From contig JBDGYA010000006.1 in NCBI GenBank assembly GCA_039584325.1, positions 11,845-75,844 of the forward strand: DNA of 64,000 bases, in the 5' to 3' direction. The notes beneath the pieces were generated by a model, which searched no databases, was not told where the DNA came from, and saw only the letters and a program-made list of their open reading frames with translations. This stretch comes from Gemmatimonadota bacterium (lineage in GTDB: Bacteria > Gemmatimonadota > Gemmatimonadetes > Gemmatimonadales > GWC2-71-9). The position numbers and the translations under genes were made by a program. Positions 29,190-37,777 of the stretch are shown one piece after another (the stretch's first letter is position 1; each line of letters starts with the position of its first letter).

Positions 29190-29548
29190 GGGGGCGACTG
29201 GATTCGACGGGTCTGGTGAAAGACTCGAGGCGTGCCCAGGTTCCCGGTACCCTGGATAAACCACTGGGAAACTGTACAACTGCCAATACTGACTTGGCTC
29301 TGGCTGCCTAAGCTTCGCGCTTAGCGCACCTGCCCGCGTAGGAGCCCGGCCCAAGGCGCCGCGCGGGTATCGCAAAATCGGGCTGGCCAAGCGCATCGCA
29401 TTCGGGCGTGCGGCGAGACACTGAACGGATGCTCGTCCGCGGCACGGGTGGCTGCGACCCGCGCAGCGGAGACCACAATCGCAGCCTACGCACGTAGGCT
29501 CGGGTTTGGATCGAGGCTCGGACCGGGGTTCGATTCCCCGCGCCTCCA
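29190..29548 (+). ncRNA. ssrA: tmRNA (SsrA)
   Basis: 5' GGGGGCGACUGGAUUCGACGGG pairs with 3' ..GGUUCGAUUCCCCGCGCCUCCA, giving an acceptor stem with the G3-U alanine identity pair and a T-arm. The internal reading frame GCC AAU ACU GAC UUG GCU CUG GCU GCC UAA (29282..29311) encodes a ...ANTDLALAA tag. The 3' CCA is not genome-encoded (..CCUCCA|CUC). Confidence 0.9.
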
Positions 29549-30114
29549 CTCAGATCGATCAGAGGGCTCGCCCCCGAGCTGCGGGGCGGGCCCGTTTGTG
29601 TCTGTCGCAATGGCGGGGGCAAGCCGGCTGCCTCGGCCGCAGCGCCCGAATCATGACAAACGGGCCCCGCCGCAGGCACCAGTTGTGAAGAAACACGGCA
29701 AGCTACTTCAAGGTCAGACGATCCAGTGTCGCAAAGATGATAGGATGTTTGATTGCAGTGACTTACCTGAGTGCATATGATAATACACATTACATGTGGA
29801 CAACGCTCTGTCGCTCGGCCGCACGCAGCAGCCGGTTTCAGGTATCCTCAAGGGTCATGCTCGGACCCGGCGATGTTCCAATGGCAGGCACCTCAGCCCC
29901 GCGGGTAGGAGTGGGGAGCTGTGGCTGGCATCGCCATGACGGTGCGTGGCCCCCGTCGGGGCCCGGGTTTCGGCTTCCCTTCACCATCCATTACACCTGC
30001 GCCTGGCTTCCGAGCGCGACGTGGCCTGCGCAGCTGATCTCCACTCCGCCAGTGCCGCGGTTGATCCGGCGATCGTCCTCAGATCAGGGTGCCTGTGTGC
30101 CACGAAGCCTGGGC

Positions 30115-30146
30115 CAGCGCCCCTGACCCGGAGGTCAGGGGCGCTG
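30115..30146 (-). terminator. Perfect palindromic hairpin downstream of ppdK
   Basis: CAGCGCCCCTGACC-cgga-GGTCAGGGGCGCTG: 14-bp perfect stem with a 4-nt loop, 29 nt beyond the ppdK stop. Confidence 0.55.
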
Positions 30147-30174
30147 AACTGCATAGGTCGCGGAGCGGAGAGGG

Positions 30175-32820
30175 TCAGTCTGTAGACGTAGTCTCACGGG
30201 CTCCAACGGCCGCCTGGGCCGCGGCAAGGCGCGCGATGGGCACCCGGAAGGGCGAACAGGAGACGTAGTTCAACTCCGCCCGGTGGCAGAAGGCTACGGA
30301 TCGCGGGTCGCCGCCGTGCTCCCCGCAGATCCCGATCTTCAGGTCAGGGCTCGTTGCCCGTCCACCCTCGACCGCAACGAGGACCAGAGCGCCCACGCCC
30401 TCAGGATCCAGCGTCTGGAAGGGATCGTCGCTCAGGATGCCCCGCTCGACATACTGCGGCAGAAAGCGGCCGGCGTCGTCGCGGGAGATGCCGAACGTCG
30501 TCTGCGTCAGGTCGTTCGTGCCGAACGAGAAGAACTCTGCGACGTCGGCGATCCGGTGTGCCGTCACGCACGCGCGTGGGATCTCGATCATCGTCCCGAC
30601 GAGGTAATCCACCGACCGGCCGTACTCCTCGAACACCTGGGCAGCGACCCGCCGGACGATCTCAGCCTGGTGACGTAGCTCCTCCACGTGGGACACGAGC
30701 GGGACCATGACCTCCGGGTGCACCTCGATCCCATCGGCGTCCACGGTGCAGGCGGCCTCGAAGATCGCACGTGCCTGCATCTCGGTGATCTCCGGGTACG
30801 TGAGTCCCAGCCTGCATCCCCGGTGCCCGAGCATGGGGTTGCTCTCCGATCGCGTCTCCAATGCGCGACGGAGCACCTTCTCCTCCACGTGTAGCCGGGA
30901 GGCGACCTCTGCGATCTCGCTTTCCCCGTGGGGGAGGAATTCGTGGAGGGGGGGATCCAGCAGCCGGATGGTCACGGGGAACCCATCCATTGCCCTGAAG
31001 ATTCCCACGAAGTCGTCCCGCTGCATCGGCAGCAGGGTGCTCAGCGCCTGGCGCCGCTCGTCCTCGGTGTCGGCCAGGATCATCTCTCGCATCGAGAAAA
31101 TCCGTTCACCCTCGAAGAACATGTGCTCGGTCCGACAGAGACCGATTCCCTCCGCGCCGAACTCCCGCGCGCGAGCCGCGTCCTTCGGCGTGTCCGCATT
31201 GGTGCGAACACGCAGGCGCCGCCGCTCGTCCGCCCACTGCATGAGACGCTCGAACGCGGGTCCCGGAGAGGGCTCGACCAGCTCGGTTCGTCCCACGATG
31301 ACCTGGCCGGCGGTTCCGTCCAGCGTGAGCCAGTCACCCTCCCGCACCGTCGTCCCATTCACCTCGAACAGCCGGTCGCCTGCGTCGACCGCAATCTCCT
31401 TCGCCCCCGCCACACAGCACTTACCCATGCCTCTCGCCACGACAGCCGCATGGCTGGTCATGCCGCCCCGGGCGGTCAGGATCCCCACAGCGGCGACCAT
31501 CCCGTGAAAGTCGTCGGGACTCGTCTCGCGCCGCACCAGGATTATGTCCTCTCCCTCGGCTCCAAGCTCTGCAGCCCGGTCCGCGTCGAAGACCGCCTTG
31601 CCCACAGCCGCGCCGGGAGAGGCGGGCAGGCCCGTCGCGATCACCGCCAGCTTGGCGTCGGGATCGATCGTGGGATGCAGCAGCTGATTGAGCTGGTCGG
31701 GCTCAACGCGCCACAAGGCGGCATCGGGTTCGAGAATGCCCTCGTCGACCATATCGACGGCCACTTGCACGGCCGCCGCCGCCGTGCGCTTGCCTCGACG
31801 CGTCTGCAGCACGTAGAGTGTGCCGCGCTCCACGGTGAATTCCACGTCCTGCATGTCCTCGTAGTGCGCTTCGAGCTTGTGGCAGTACTCCACGAACTCG
31901 GTGTGCATCTCGGGCAGCCACTCGGTCATCTTGTCGAGCGGCTCTGGGTCGCGAATGCCGGCGACGACATCCTCGCCCTGCGCGTTCACGAGAAACTCGC
32001 CGAAGACCTTGCGCTCTCCGGTGGACGGGTTGCGCGTGAACGCCACGCCGGTGCCGGAATCCTCGCTCACGTTTCCGAAGACCATGGCCATGACGTTCAC
32101 GGCCGTGCCGAGATCGTCGGGAATGCGATGGACACGGCGGTAGTCCCGAGCGCGCCGGCCGTTCCAGCTGCGGAACACCGCTTCGATGGCTCCCCACAGC
32201 TGGACCCGGGGATCCTCGGGGAATGGGTGTCCCGTCTCGCGCTGCACAATCTCCTTGAACTGACCCACCAGAGACTTGAGGTCGTCTGCCGACAGGTCGA
32301 TGTCTCGCTCCACCCCGCGCGACGCCCGCATCGTCTCGAGCGCCTCTTCGAAGGGATCGCCCGATTCGCTCTTGATGCCGTGTACGACGTTCCCGTACAT
32401 CTGGACGAACCGCCGATACGAGTCGTAGGCGAACCGCTCGTTGCCGGCATCGGCCGCGAGCGTCGCGGCGGTCCCGTCGTTCAGCCCGAGGTTGAGGATG
32501 GTGTCCATCATCCCGGGCATGGAGAACTTCGCCCCGGAGCGGACGGACAGCAGCAGCGGGCGGTGTTCGCCGCTGAAGGTACGGTCGGTCAGCTCCTCGA
32601 TCCGCTCGAGGGCGGATGTGACTTCCGCGCCGAGGCTCTTGGGTAGCTCGCCCGTCTTCATGTAGGTGGTGCAGAGCTCGGCGGAGATCGTGAATCCCGG
32701 CGGGACTGGAATGCCGAGTCTGGTCATCTCGGCGAGATTCGCTCCCTTGCCCCCGAGGATGTCTGCCATGCCCGCATGGCCATCCGCTGCGCCCCCTCCA
32801 AACCCGTACACGTGTCCCAT
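30175..32820 (-). CDS. ppdK: Pyruvate, phosphate dikinase
   Basis: 881 aa. GGKGANLAEM ATP-grasp N-terminus, phospho-His region GGMTSHAAVVARGMG, and a PEP-utilising C-terminal TIM barrel (FFSFGTNDLTQ). Confidence 0.95.
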   Translation of the reverse strand: MGHVYGFGGGAADGHAGMADILGGKGANLAEMTRLGIPVPPGFTISAELCTTYMKTGELPKSLGAEVTSALERIEELTDRTFSGEHRPLLLSVRSGAKFSMPGMMDTILNLGLNDGTAATLAADAGNERFAYDSYRRFVQMYGNVVHGIKSESGDPFEEALETMRASRGVERDIDLSADDLKSLVGQFKEIVQRETGHPFPEDPRVQLWGAIEAVFRSWNGRRARDYRRVHRIPDDLGTAVNVMAMVFGNVSEDSGTGVAFTRNPSTGERKVFGEFLVNAQGEDVVAGIRDPEPLDKMTEWLPEMHTEFVEYCHKLEAHYEDMQDVEFTVERGTLYVLQTRRGKRTAAAAVQVAVDMVDEGILEPDAALWRVEPDQLNQLLHPTIDPDAKLAVIATGLPASPGAAVGKAVFDADRAAELGAEGEDIILVRRETSPDDFHGMVAAVGILTARGGMTSHAAVVARGMGKCCVAGAKEIAVDAGDRLFEVNGTTVREGDWLTLDGTAGQVIVGRTELVEPSPGPAFERLMQWADERRRLRVRTNADTPKDAARAREFGAEGIGLCRTEHMFFEGERIFSMREMILADTEDERRQALSTLLPMQRDDFVGIFRAMDGFPVTIRLLDPPLHEFLPHGESEIAEVASRLHVEEKVLRRALETRSESNPMLGHRGCRLGLTYPEITEMQARAIFEAACTVDADGIEVHPEVMVPLVSHVEELRHQAEIVRRVAAQVFEEYGRSVDYLVGTMIEIPRACVTAHRIADVAEFFSFGTNDLTQTTFGISRDDAGRFLPQYVERGILSDDPFQTLDPEGVGALVLVAVEGGRATSPDLKIGICGEHGGDPRSVAFCHRAELNYVSCSPFRVPIARLAAAQAAVGARETTSTD

Positions 32821-32886
32821 GGATATGCCTACTTGCAGAGGTGTGACTTGGAATGTGGACCGATGAAGTGAATTTCCAATGAAGAT

Positions 32887-34293
32887 TCAGTCAATCAGAG
32901 CTGTAACTCGCGGTGTCTGACCGGACTTGCGCTTCTCACCGAACTCCTCCGGGAGCGCGGTCGGGTAGCGACCGGAGAAGCAGGCGTGGCAGAAGGACTC
33001 CGGGTCCCCACGGGCTGCCCGGAGCGTGCCGTCGAGGGACAGGTACCCGAGCGAGTCCACGCCGAGCTGCTCACGGATCGCGTCAACAGACATGTTGGCG
33101 GCGATCAGCTCGCTCCGGGTCGGTGTGTCAATGCCGTAGATGCAGGGGCCGGTGATCGGTGGAGATGCGAGTCGAAGATGGACGGCCCGCGCGCCCGCCT
33201 GACGGATCATCTGGATCAACGCCCGGGACGTGGTGCCTCGCACGAGCGAGTCATCGACCACCACGACTTCTTTGCCCTCGATGACCTCCCGGACCGGATT
33301 GAACTTGATTCGGACTTTGGTGGTGCGGGTGTCCTGGGTCGGGCTGATGAACGTCCTGCCGACATAGTGGTTTCGGATGAGCCCGTGCTCGAGCTTGAGA
33401 TCACTCTCCTCTGAGTACCCCAGTGCCATCGCGTTCGACGAGTCGGGCACGGAGAAGACACAATCGGCGGTCGGTGCGGGGTGCTCCCGGGCGAGCTGAC
33501 GGCCCAGCTCCCGTCGAACGTGGTCCACGGAACGCTCGAACACCACGCTGTCGGGTCGGGAAAAGTAGATCAGCTCGAAAACGCACCGCCGGTGCTGCTT
33601 CGGGGGCAGCGGTGGCAGCTCGATCACGCTACTGTCCTCGATCTTGAGCCACTCGCCCGGCCTCAGCTCCCGCACGGGTGTTGCGCCGACGATGTCGAGT
33701 CCGCAGGTCTCCGATGCGAGCACCCACCCCTCACCCAGCTTCCCCAGCACCAGGGGGCGGAACCCCCGCGCGTCGACCACGGCGTAGAGCGTCCGCCCGA
33801 CGGTGAGGAGCAGGGTGTACGCTCCCTCCGCGCGATCTAAGGCGTCGAGGATCTGGTGTTCTACTTCCCGTGCATCGGACCGGGCCATGAGATGGATCAG
33901 GGCTTCGGAGTCGGACGAGGACTGGAAGATCGATCCGGTACGGACCAGGTCCTCCCGTAGCTCCGCGGCGTTGGTGAGGTTGCCGTTGTGGGCCAGCGCG
34001 AGCACACCGTCGTGGTAGTCGACCACCAGCGGCTGCGCGTTGCTCAAGGCGCTGGTTCCACTCGTGGAGTACCGCGTATGGCCGATGGCGATGTCACCGG
34101 TGAGCGACTGCAGTGCCCTGGGCGGGAAGACATCCTGGACCAGACCCATGCCACGATGGATCCGGGCGCTGCCATTCGCGTCGAGGCAGACGATTCCGGC
34201 CGACTCCTGCCCGCGGTGCTGGAGGGCGTACAGGCCGAGATAGGTCAGTTCTGCCGCGTTCTGGATGCCGTGTACGCCGAAGATTCCGCACAT
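32887..34293 (-). CDS. purF: Amidophosphoribosyltransferase
   Basis: MCGIFGV Ntn-glutaminase N-terminus plus a PRTase domain (VVVVDDSLVRGTTS). 468 aa. Confidence 0.95.
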   Translation of the reverse strand: MCGIFGVHGIQNAAELTYLGLYALQHRGQESAGIVCLDANGSARIHRGMGLVQDVFPPRALQSLTGDIAIGHTRYSTSGTSALSNAQPLVVDYHDGVLALAHNGNLTNAAELREDLVRTGSIFQSSSDSEALIHLMARSDAREVEHQILDALDRAEGAYTLLLTVGRTLYAVVDARGFRPLVLGKLGEGWVLASETCGLDIVGATPVRELRPGEWLKIEDSSVIELPPLPPKQHRRCVFELIYFSRPDSVVFERSVDHVRRELGRQLAREHPAPTADCVFSVPDSSNAMALGYSEESDLKLEHGLIRNHYVGRTFISPTQDTRTTKVRIKFNPVREVIEGKEVVVVDDSLVRGTTSRALIQMIRQAGARAVHLRLASPPITGPCIYGIDTPTRSELIAANMSVDAIREQLGVDSLGYLSLDGTLRAARGDPESFCHACFSGRYPTALPEEFGEKRKSGQTPRVTALID

Positions 34294-34393
34294 GCGACTT
34301 CCTAGCTCAAATGCGTCGGCCGGGCCTCCGACTCCACCTCTCGGTCAAATGCCCGGCCGGGGTACGCCGTCGGCTCCTGACGACGGTTGTGCG

Positions 34394-34699
34394 CTACCGG
34401 CTGACTCCCTTCATGATCGACCGGAAGATGTTGATGACTCCCTCATCTTCCCGCCGCAGGAGGTCCTCCGCCTCCCCCCCGTCGAGCCACATGCCGTGGC
34501 AGTCCGGGCACCGGTCGATCTCGATGCCGTGATACTCTTCGGTCGTCAGATCGCTGCCACACTTGGGGCACTTCATGTGGTGCACCCGGCGGGCCGCCTC
34601 CTGGTGCTCCCGTGCCGCCGCCTCCTGCCGAATCTTGATCAGATCCGCCGACTGCTTCACGAAGTACTCGTCTTCGTTCTTGCTCGGCTTGTCGGGCAT
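34394..34699 (-). CDS. Small zinc-ribbon protein (TFIIB-type zinc-finger family)
   Basis: ORF trimmed to MPDKPSK (101 aa). CPKCG-x17-CPDCHGMWLDGGE is the CxxC..CxxC ribbon typical of zf-TFIIB-like bacterial proteins. Confidence 0.6.
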   Translation of the reverse strand: MPDKPSKNEDEYFVKQSADLIKIRQEAAAREHQEAARRVHHMKCPKCGSDLTTEEYHGIEIDRCPDCHGMWLDGGEAEDLLRREDEGVINIFRSIMKGVSR

Positions 34700-34709
34700 G
34701 GTCCGTACC

Positions 34710-35240
34710 TCAGGTAGTGCGGATCGGCAGTGTCGGCAACCCCTGGCTCCCAGTGGGTGACGACGAAGTGCCGGCGTAGGTGTGGCCTCGGCCGCGAACG
34801 ATCGCGTCGACGACCTGCCCGCCCTCGAAGAACACAACGTCGAACGTGCCGCAGGTGACTTCACAGCCGTTTCGGTAGTACAGGTAGGCGCGACCGTCCG
34901 CGGTCCGTTCGGTCACGGGCTCGCCCCAGACTTCGATGACTTCGGCCCGACTCATCCCCGGACTCACAGTCCCGGTGTGCACCGGCTCCCAGGGCTCGTC
35001 AGCGGCCATGCGCTGCACCTGCGGCGGAGTCGCCGGAGGAGGCGCTGCTTCCGGTGTGGCAGTCGCCGGCTGACCGGTTCCCGGGGTCACTTCCGCTGCG
35101 GGGGTGTCTTCCGCGACCACCTCCGCCGGCTCACCAGCGGGGGGCTCGGCTTCCTCCTCGCCACCGCCGAACGGCAGGCGGTCGCAGCCCGTCAAGGTCA
35201 CCGCCACCAGGGCGGCAAGAGCCAACCGCGGCCATTTCAT
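34710..35240 (-). CDS. Lipoprotein with a BamE/SmpA-OmlA-like C-terminal domain
   Basis: ORF trimmed to MKWPRLALAALVAVTLTGC (signal peptide plus lipobox LTGC; strong GGAGGAGGAG SD). A Pro/Ala/Glu-rich linker is followed by GMSRAEVIEVWGEP...VVFFEGGQVV. Confidence 0.6.
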   Translation of the reverse strand: MKWPRLALAALVAVTLTGCDRLPFGGGEEEAEPPAGEPAEVVAEDTPAAEVTPGTGQPATATPEAAPPPATPPQVQRMAADEPWEPVHTGTVSPGMSRAEVIEVWGEPVTERTADGRAYLYYRNGCEVTCGTFDVVFFEGGQVVDAIVRGRGHTYAGTSSSPTGSQGLPTLPIRTT

Positions 35241-35320
35241 GGGACTCCTCCTCCGAAGCGGGTCGGCCTGCATCTCATCGCGTACACGAAAGATAGCATA
35301 GTCCATGGCCCCTCACCTAG

Positions 35321-36214
35321 TTAGTGAGCCTGCTCACTTGTGTCCTTCTGCCGCTCCGCCCGGGCGGAGCGGCGCTGCTCCGCGCGGGCCTTGCGGCGCT
35401 TGCGGTGCTCCCGGGCCCGGATGACGAACGGGATGAACGCTCCCTTGGCCTGCCGGCCCTCGCTCCCGTTACTGCGTTCGAGAAAACCCACGACTGCGGC
35501 CCGAGCCATCCCGTAGGACAGATAGGCGATGCCGAGCGGGAAGAAGAAGATGTCGCGAGACCAGATCCCGAAGGCGAGGACCGTGAGGTTTACCACGAGC
35601 CCCAACACGCCCCGCGCCGTCCTCACGCCCATGCGCGGAAGCTTGGCGTACTGGACGTTGCTCACCATCGCGAGGCTCAACGCGATCACGAGGAAGACGA
35701 GGATCTGGTTCCAGGGCCACTGCGTGAGGGCGGCCCGGTAGAACTCGGTCTGGGTGAACGGATAGTACGTCGCGAGGGTCATGCCGGCGGCCGGAGACGG
35801 CAGCCCGGTGAACCCCGCCTTGCGGGTGTCGTCGGCTGGCTCGAGATTGTAGCGCGCCAGGCGGAGTGCGACGCAGACCACGAACCCGTAGCCGAAGATC
35901 CAGGCAAACGGCCCTTGTGTCGAGAAGTGCAGGTAATACAGCAGCATGGACGGTGCAACACCGAAGCTCACTAGGTCGGTCAGCGAGTCGAGCTCCGCAC
36001 CGAACTGCGTGCCCGAGTTACTCATACGCGCGAACAGGCCATCCATGAGGTCGAGCACACCCGCGATCACGATCCACCAGCTCGCGAGGTAATACTCGCC
36101 CTGGGCTGCCAGGACGATCGACCAGATGCCGAAGAACAGGTTGGCCAGCGTGAAGATGCTCGGCACGATGATCACCGCGCGCCGCATCCTCCGCCTTCTA
36201 GGAGTGCGGTTCAT
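35321..36214 (-). CDS. pssA: CDP-diacylglycerol--serine O-phosphatidyltransferase
   Basis: CDP-alcohol phosphatidyltransferase motif DGLFARMSNSGTQFGAELDSLTDLV, a polytopic membrane topology, and a basic C-terminal tail. An alternative start at 36187 is possible. Confidence 0.85.
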   Translation of the reverse strand: MNRTPRRRRMRRAVIIVPSIFTLANLFFGIWSIVLAAQGEYYLASWWIVIAGVLDLMDGLFARMSNSGTQFGAELDSLTDLVSFGVAPSMLLYYLHFSTQGPFAWIFGYGFVVCVALRLARYNLEPADDTRKAGFTGLPSPAAGMTLATYYPFTQTEFYRAALTQWPWNQILVFLVIALSLAMVSNVQYAKLPRMGVRTARGVLGLVVNLTVLAFGIWSRDIFFFPLGIAYLSYGMARAAVVGFLERSNGSEGRQAKGAFIPFVIRAREHRKRRKARAEQRRSARAERQKDTSEQAH

Positions 36215-36857
36215 GCTGCCACTTCGCTATCACGGTCACCCCGGCCACTGACCGTTCGCCCTCCCGAACCAGGACACTGACGGCTCGAGGGAGAAACGTG
36301 TCGACTCTCGAGCCGAATCGGATGAGCCCCAGCCGCTCTCCTTGCCGGACACGCTCGTCGATCTCGGCGTCGGTCACGATACGGCGCGCCACCAGACCCG
36401 CGATCTGCCGGACCAATACGCCACGGTTGCCGTGACGTACACCCAGCGACATGTGCTCGTTGAGCTCGCTCGCCTTGTCCAGCGTGGCGTTGACGAAACG
36501 GCCGGGTCGGTAGTCCCGCATCACGACCGTCCCGCTCACGGGATACCGGTTGACGTGAACGTCGAACACGTTCATGAAGACGGAGATCCGGACCGCTGGT
36601 CCTCCGACCACCGTGGGCTCGTCGATCTCGGCGACGCTCACGACCCTGCCGTCGGCCGGCGCGATCACGAGGTCCTCGCCCCGCGGTCCCGATCGTTCTG
36701 GATCCCGGAAGAACCACGGTACCCAGAGGGCGATCGGTATCCAGACTACCGCCGGCACCCACCACCAGCCCCCGAGCGTGAGGCCGGGGAGTGCCAAGGC
36801 GATCAGGAGTCCCCACGCGCCGAGCACGACGGGGCGTCCTTCCGGGGCGAGTCTCAC
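36198..36857 (-). CDS. psd: Phosphatidylserine decarboxylase proenzyme (short type)
   Basis: 219 aa with two N-terminal TM segments. The self-cleavage region LIRFGSRVD (G-S motif) lies near the C-terminus. Upstream of and overlapping pssA. Confidence 0.85.
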   Translation of the reverse strand: MRLAPEGRPVVLGAWGLLIALALPGLTLGGWWWVPAVVWIPIALWVPWFFRDPERSGPRGEDLVIAPADGRVVSVAEIDEPTVVGGPAVRISVFMNVFDVHVNRYPVSGTVVMRDYRPGRFVNATLDKASELNEHMSLGVRHGNRGVLVRQIAGLVARRIVTDAEIDERVRQGERLGLIRFGSRVDTFLPRAVSVLVREGERSVAGVTVIAKWQHEPHS

Positions 36858-37777
36858 GTATCGGCACGCAGCTCGTGGCCGGTCACCCGCCGATAGGCGT
36901 CTCTATACCGGGTGCTCGTCGCCGCTACGACTTCGGCGGGCAGCGGCGGCGGTGGGGCATCGCCATCCCAGACGTCCTGGCGCTTGAGGTCGTCCAGATA
37001 GTCCCGCAGTGGCTGTTTGTCGAAGCTCGGTTGACCTTGGCCCGGGGCGTACTGATCTGCCGGCCAGAACCTGGACGAGTCGGGCGTCAGGATCTCGTCG
37101 ATCACGAGCAGTGTGCCGTCGGTGGTCTGGCCGAACTCGAACTTCGTATCCGCGATGATGATGCCACGCTCGATGGTGCGCTCGGCCGCCGTGGTGTACA
37201 GGGCGAGGCTAAGGTCGCGCAGCCGGTCAGCGAGTTCGCTATCGAGGGCTTCGTGCATGCTGGCGAACGTAATGTTCTCGTCGTGTCCCGTCTCGGCCTT
37301 GGTGGCCGGCGAGAAGATCGGCGGCGTCAGTTGCTGGCTCTCGACGAGCCCCTTGGCGAGGGGCTCGCCCGCAAGGGTGCCGGATTGCCGGTACTCCTTC
37401 CACGCCGAGCCAGAGAGATAGCCACGCACGACGCACTCGAAGAGCACCGGGCTCGTTCGACGTACGAGCATAGCGCGGCCGCGAAGTACGTCGCGGTACG
37501 GGATCAGCACCGGGATCCGCTCCGCGATCTCCCGAGCGTCGGCCGTCAGGAAGTGGCTCGGCACCACGCCTGACAGCTCTCGAAACCAGTGGGCGCTCAT
37601 CTGGGTGAGAACCGCCCCTTTGTCAGGGATCGGCTCCCGCATGACCACATCGAACGCGCTCACTCGGTCGCTGGCGACCAGCAGCAGCGTGTCCCCGTCG
37701 ATCTCGTAGACTTCGCGGACCTTGCCCTTGCGCAACAGGGGCAGGGGCAGGTCACTCTCTCGCATTGTCTCGGTCAT
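36854..37777 (-). CDS. purC: SAICAR synthase
   Basis: Long-form PurC (307 aa): [21 protein letters not shown], and [10 protein letters not shown] motifs. Confidence 0.93.
   Translation of the reverse strand: MTETMRESDLPLPLLRKGKVREVYEIDGDTLLLVASDRVSAFDVVMREPIPDKGAVLTQMSAHWFRELSGVVPSHFLTADAREIAERIPVLIPYRDVLRGRAMLVRRTSPVLFECVVRGYLSGSAWKEYRQSGTLAGEPLAKGLVESQQLTPPIFSPATKAETGHDENITFASMHEALDSELADRLRDLSLALYTTAAERTIERGIIIADTKFEFGQTTDGTLLVIDEILTPDSSRFWPADQYAPGQGQPSFDKQPLRDYLDDLKRQDVWDGDAPPPPLPAEVVAATSTRYRDAYRRVTGHELRADT

Noticed and set aside
29959-29990. Possible degenerate copy of the tmRNA T-arm/3' end (GGCCCGGGTTTCGGCTTCCCTTCACCATCCA vs GGACCGGGGTTCGATTCCCCGCGCCTCCAC). Also a short direct repeat, CTCAGATC, at 29549..29556 and 30078..30085, as attL/attR-like island borders.
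   Set aside because: Only about 15 of the first 20 positions match, in GC-rich sequence. An 8-mer repeat is expected by chance in 64 kb. No integrase or cargo lies between them. This is too weak to call; it is mentioned only as context for the ssrA-adjacent tract.
29737-30126. 129-aa ORF in the ssrA-ppdK gap, as a possible small protein or island remnant gene.
   Set aside because: It has much weaker G/C third-position bias than the bona fide genes here, a Trp/Cys/His-rich implausible composition, no SD, and no recognisable motif. It is treated as non-coding; a decayed pseudogene cannot be excluded.
32848-32879. TTGGAA-N20-TTCCAA inverted repeat in the low-GC purF-ppdK intergenic region, as a regulator site or terminator.
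   Set aside because: A 6-bp arm with a 20-nt spacer is weak both as a hairpin and as an operator. There is no second copy in the window and no match to a CRP or PurR box that I can recognise.
34294-34393. ZTP (pfl) or purine riboswitch upstream of purF.
   Set aside because: CGGCCGGGCA loosely resembles the ZTP 3' CCGCCUGGGCA box. The conserved 5' GGGUCGUGACUGGCG sub-domain and the correct domain order are absent, and there is no purine-riboswitch core. It is kept only as an unexplained GC hairpin.
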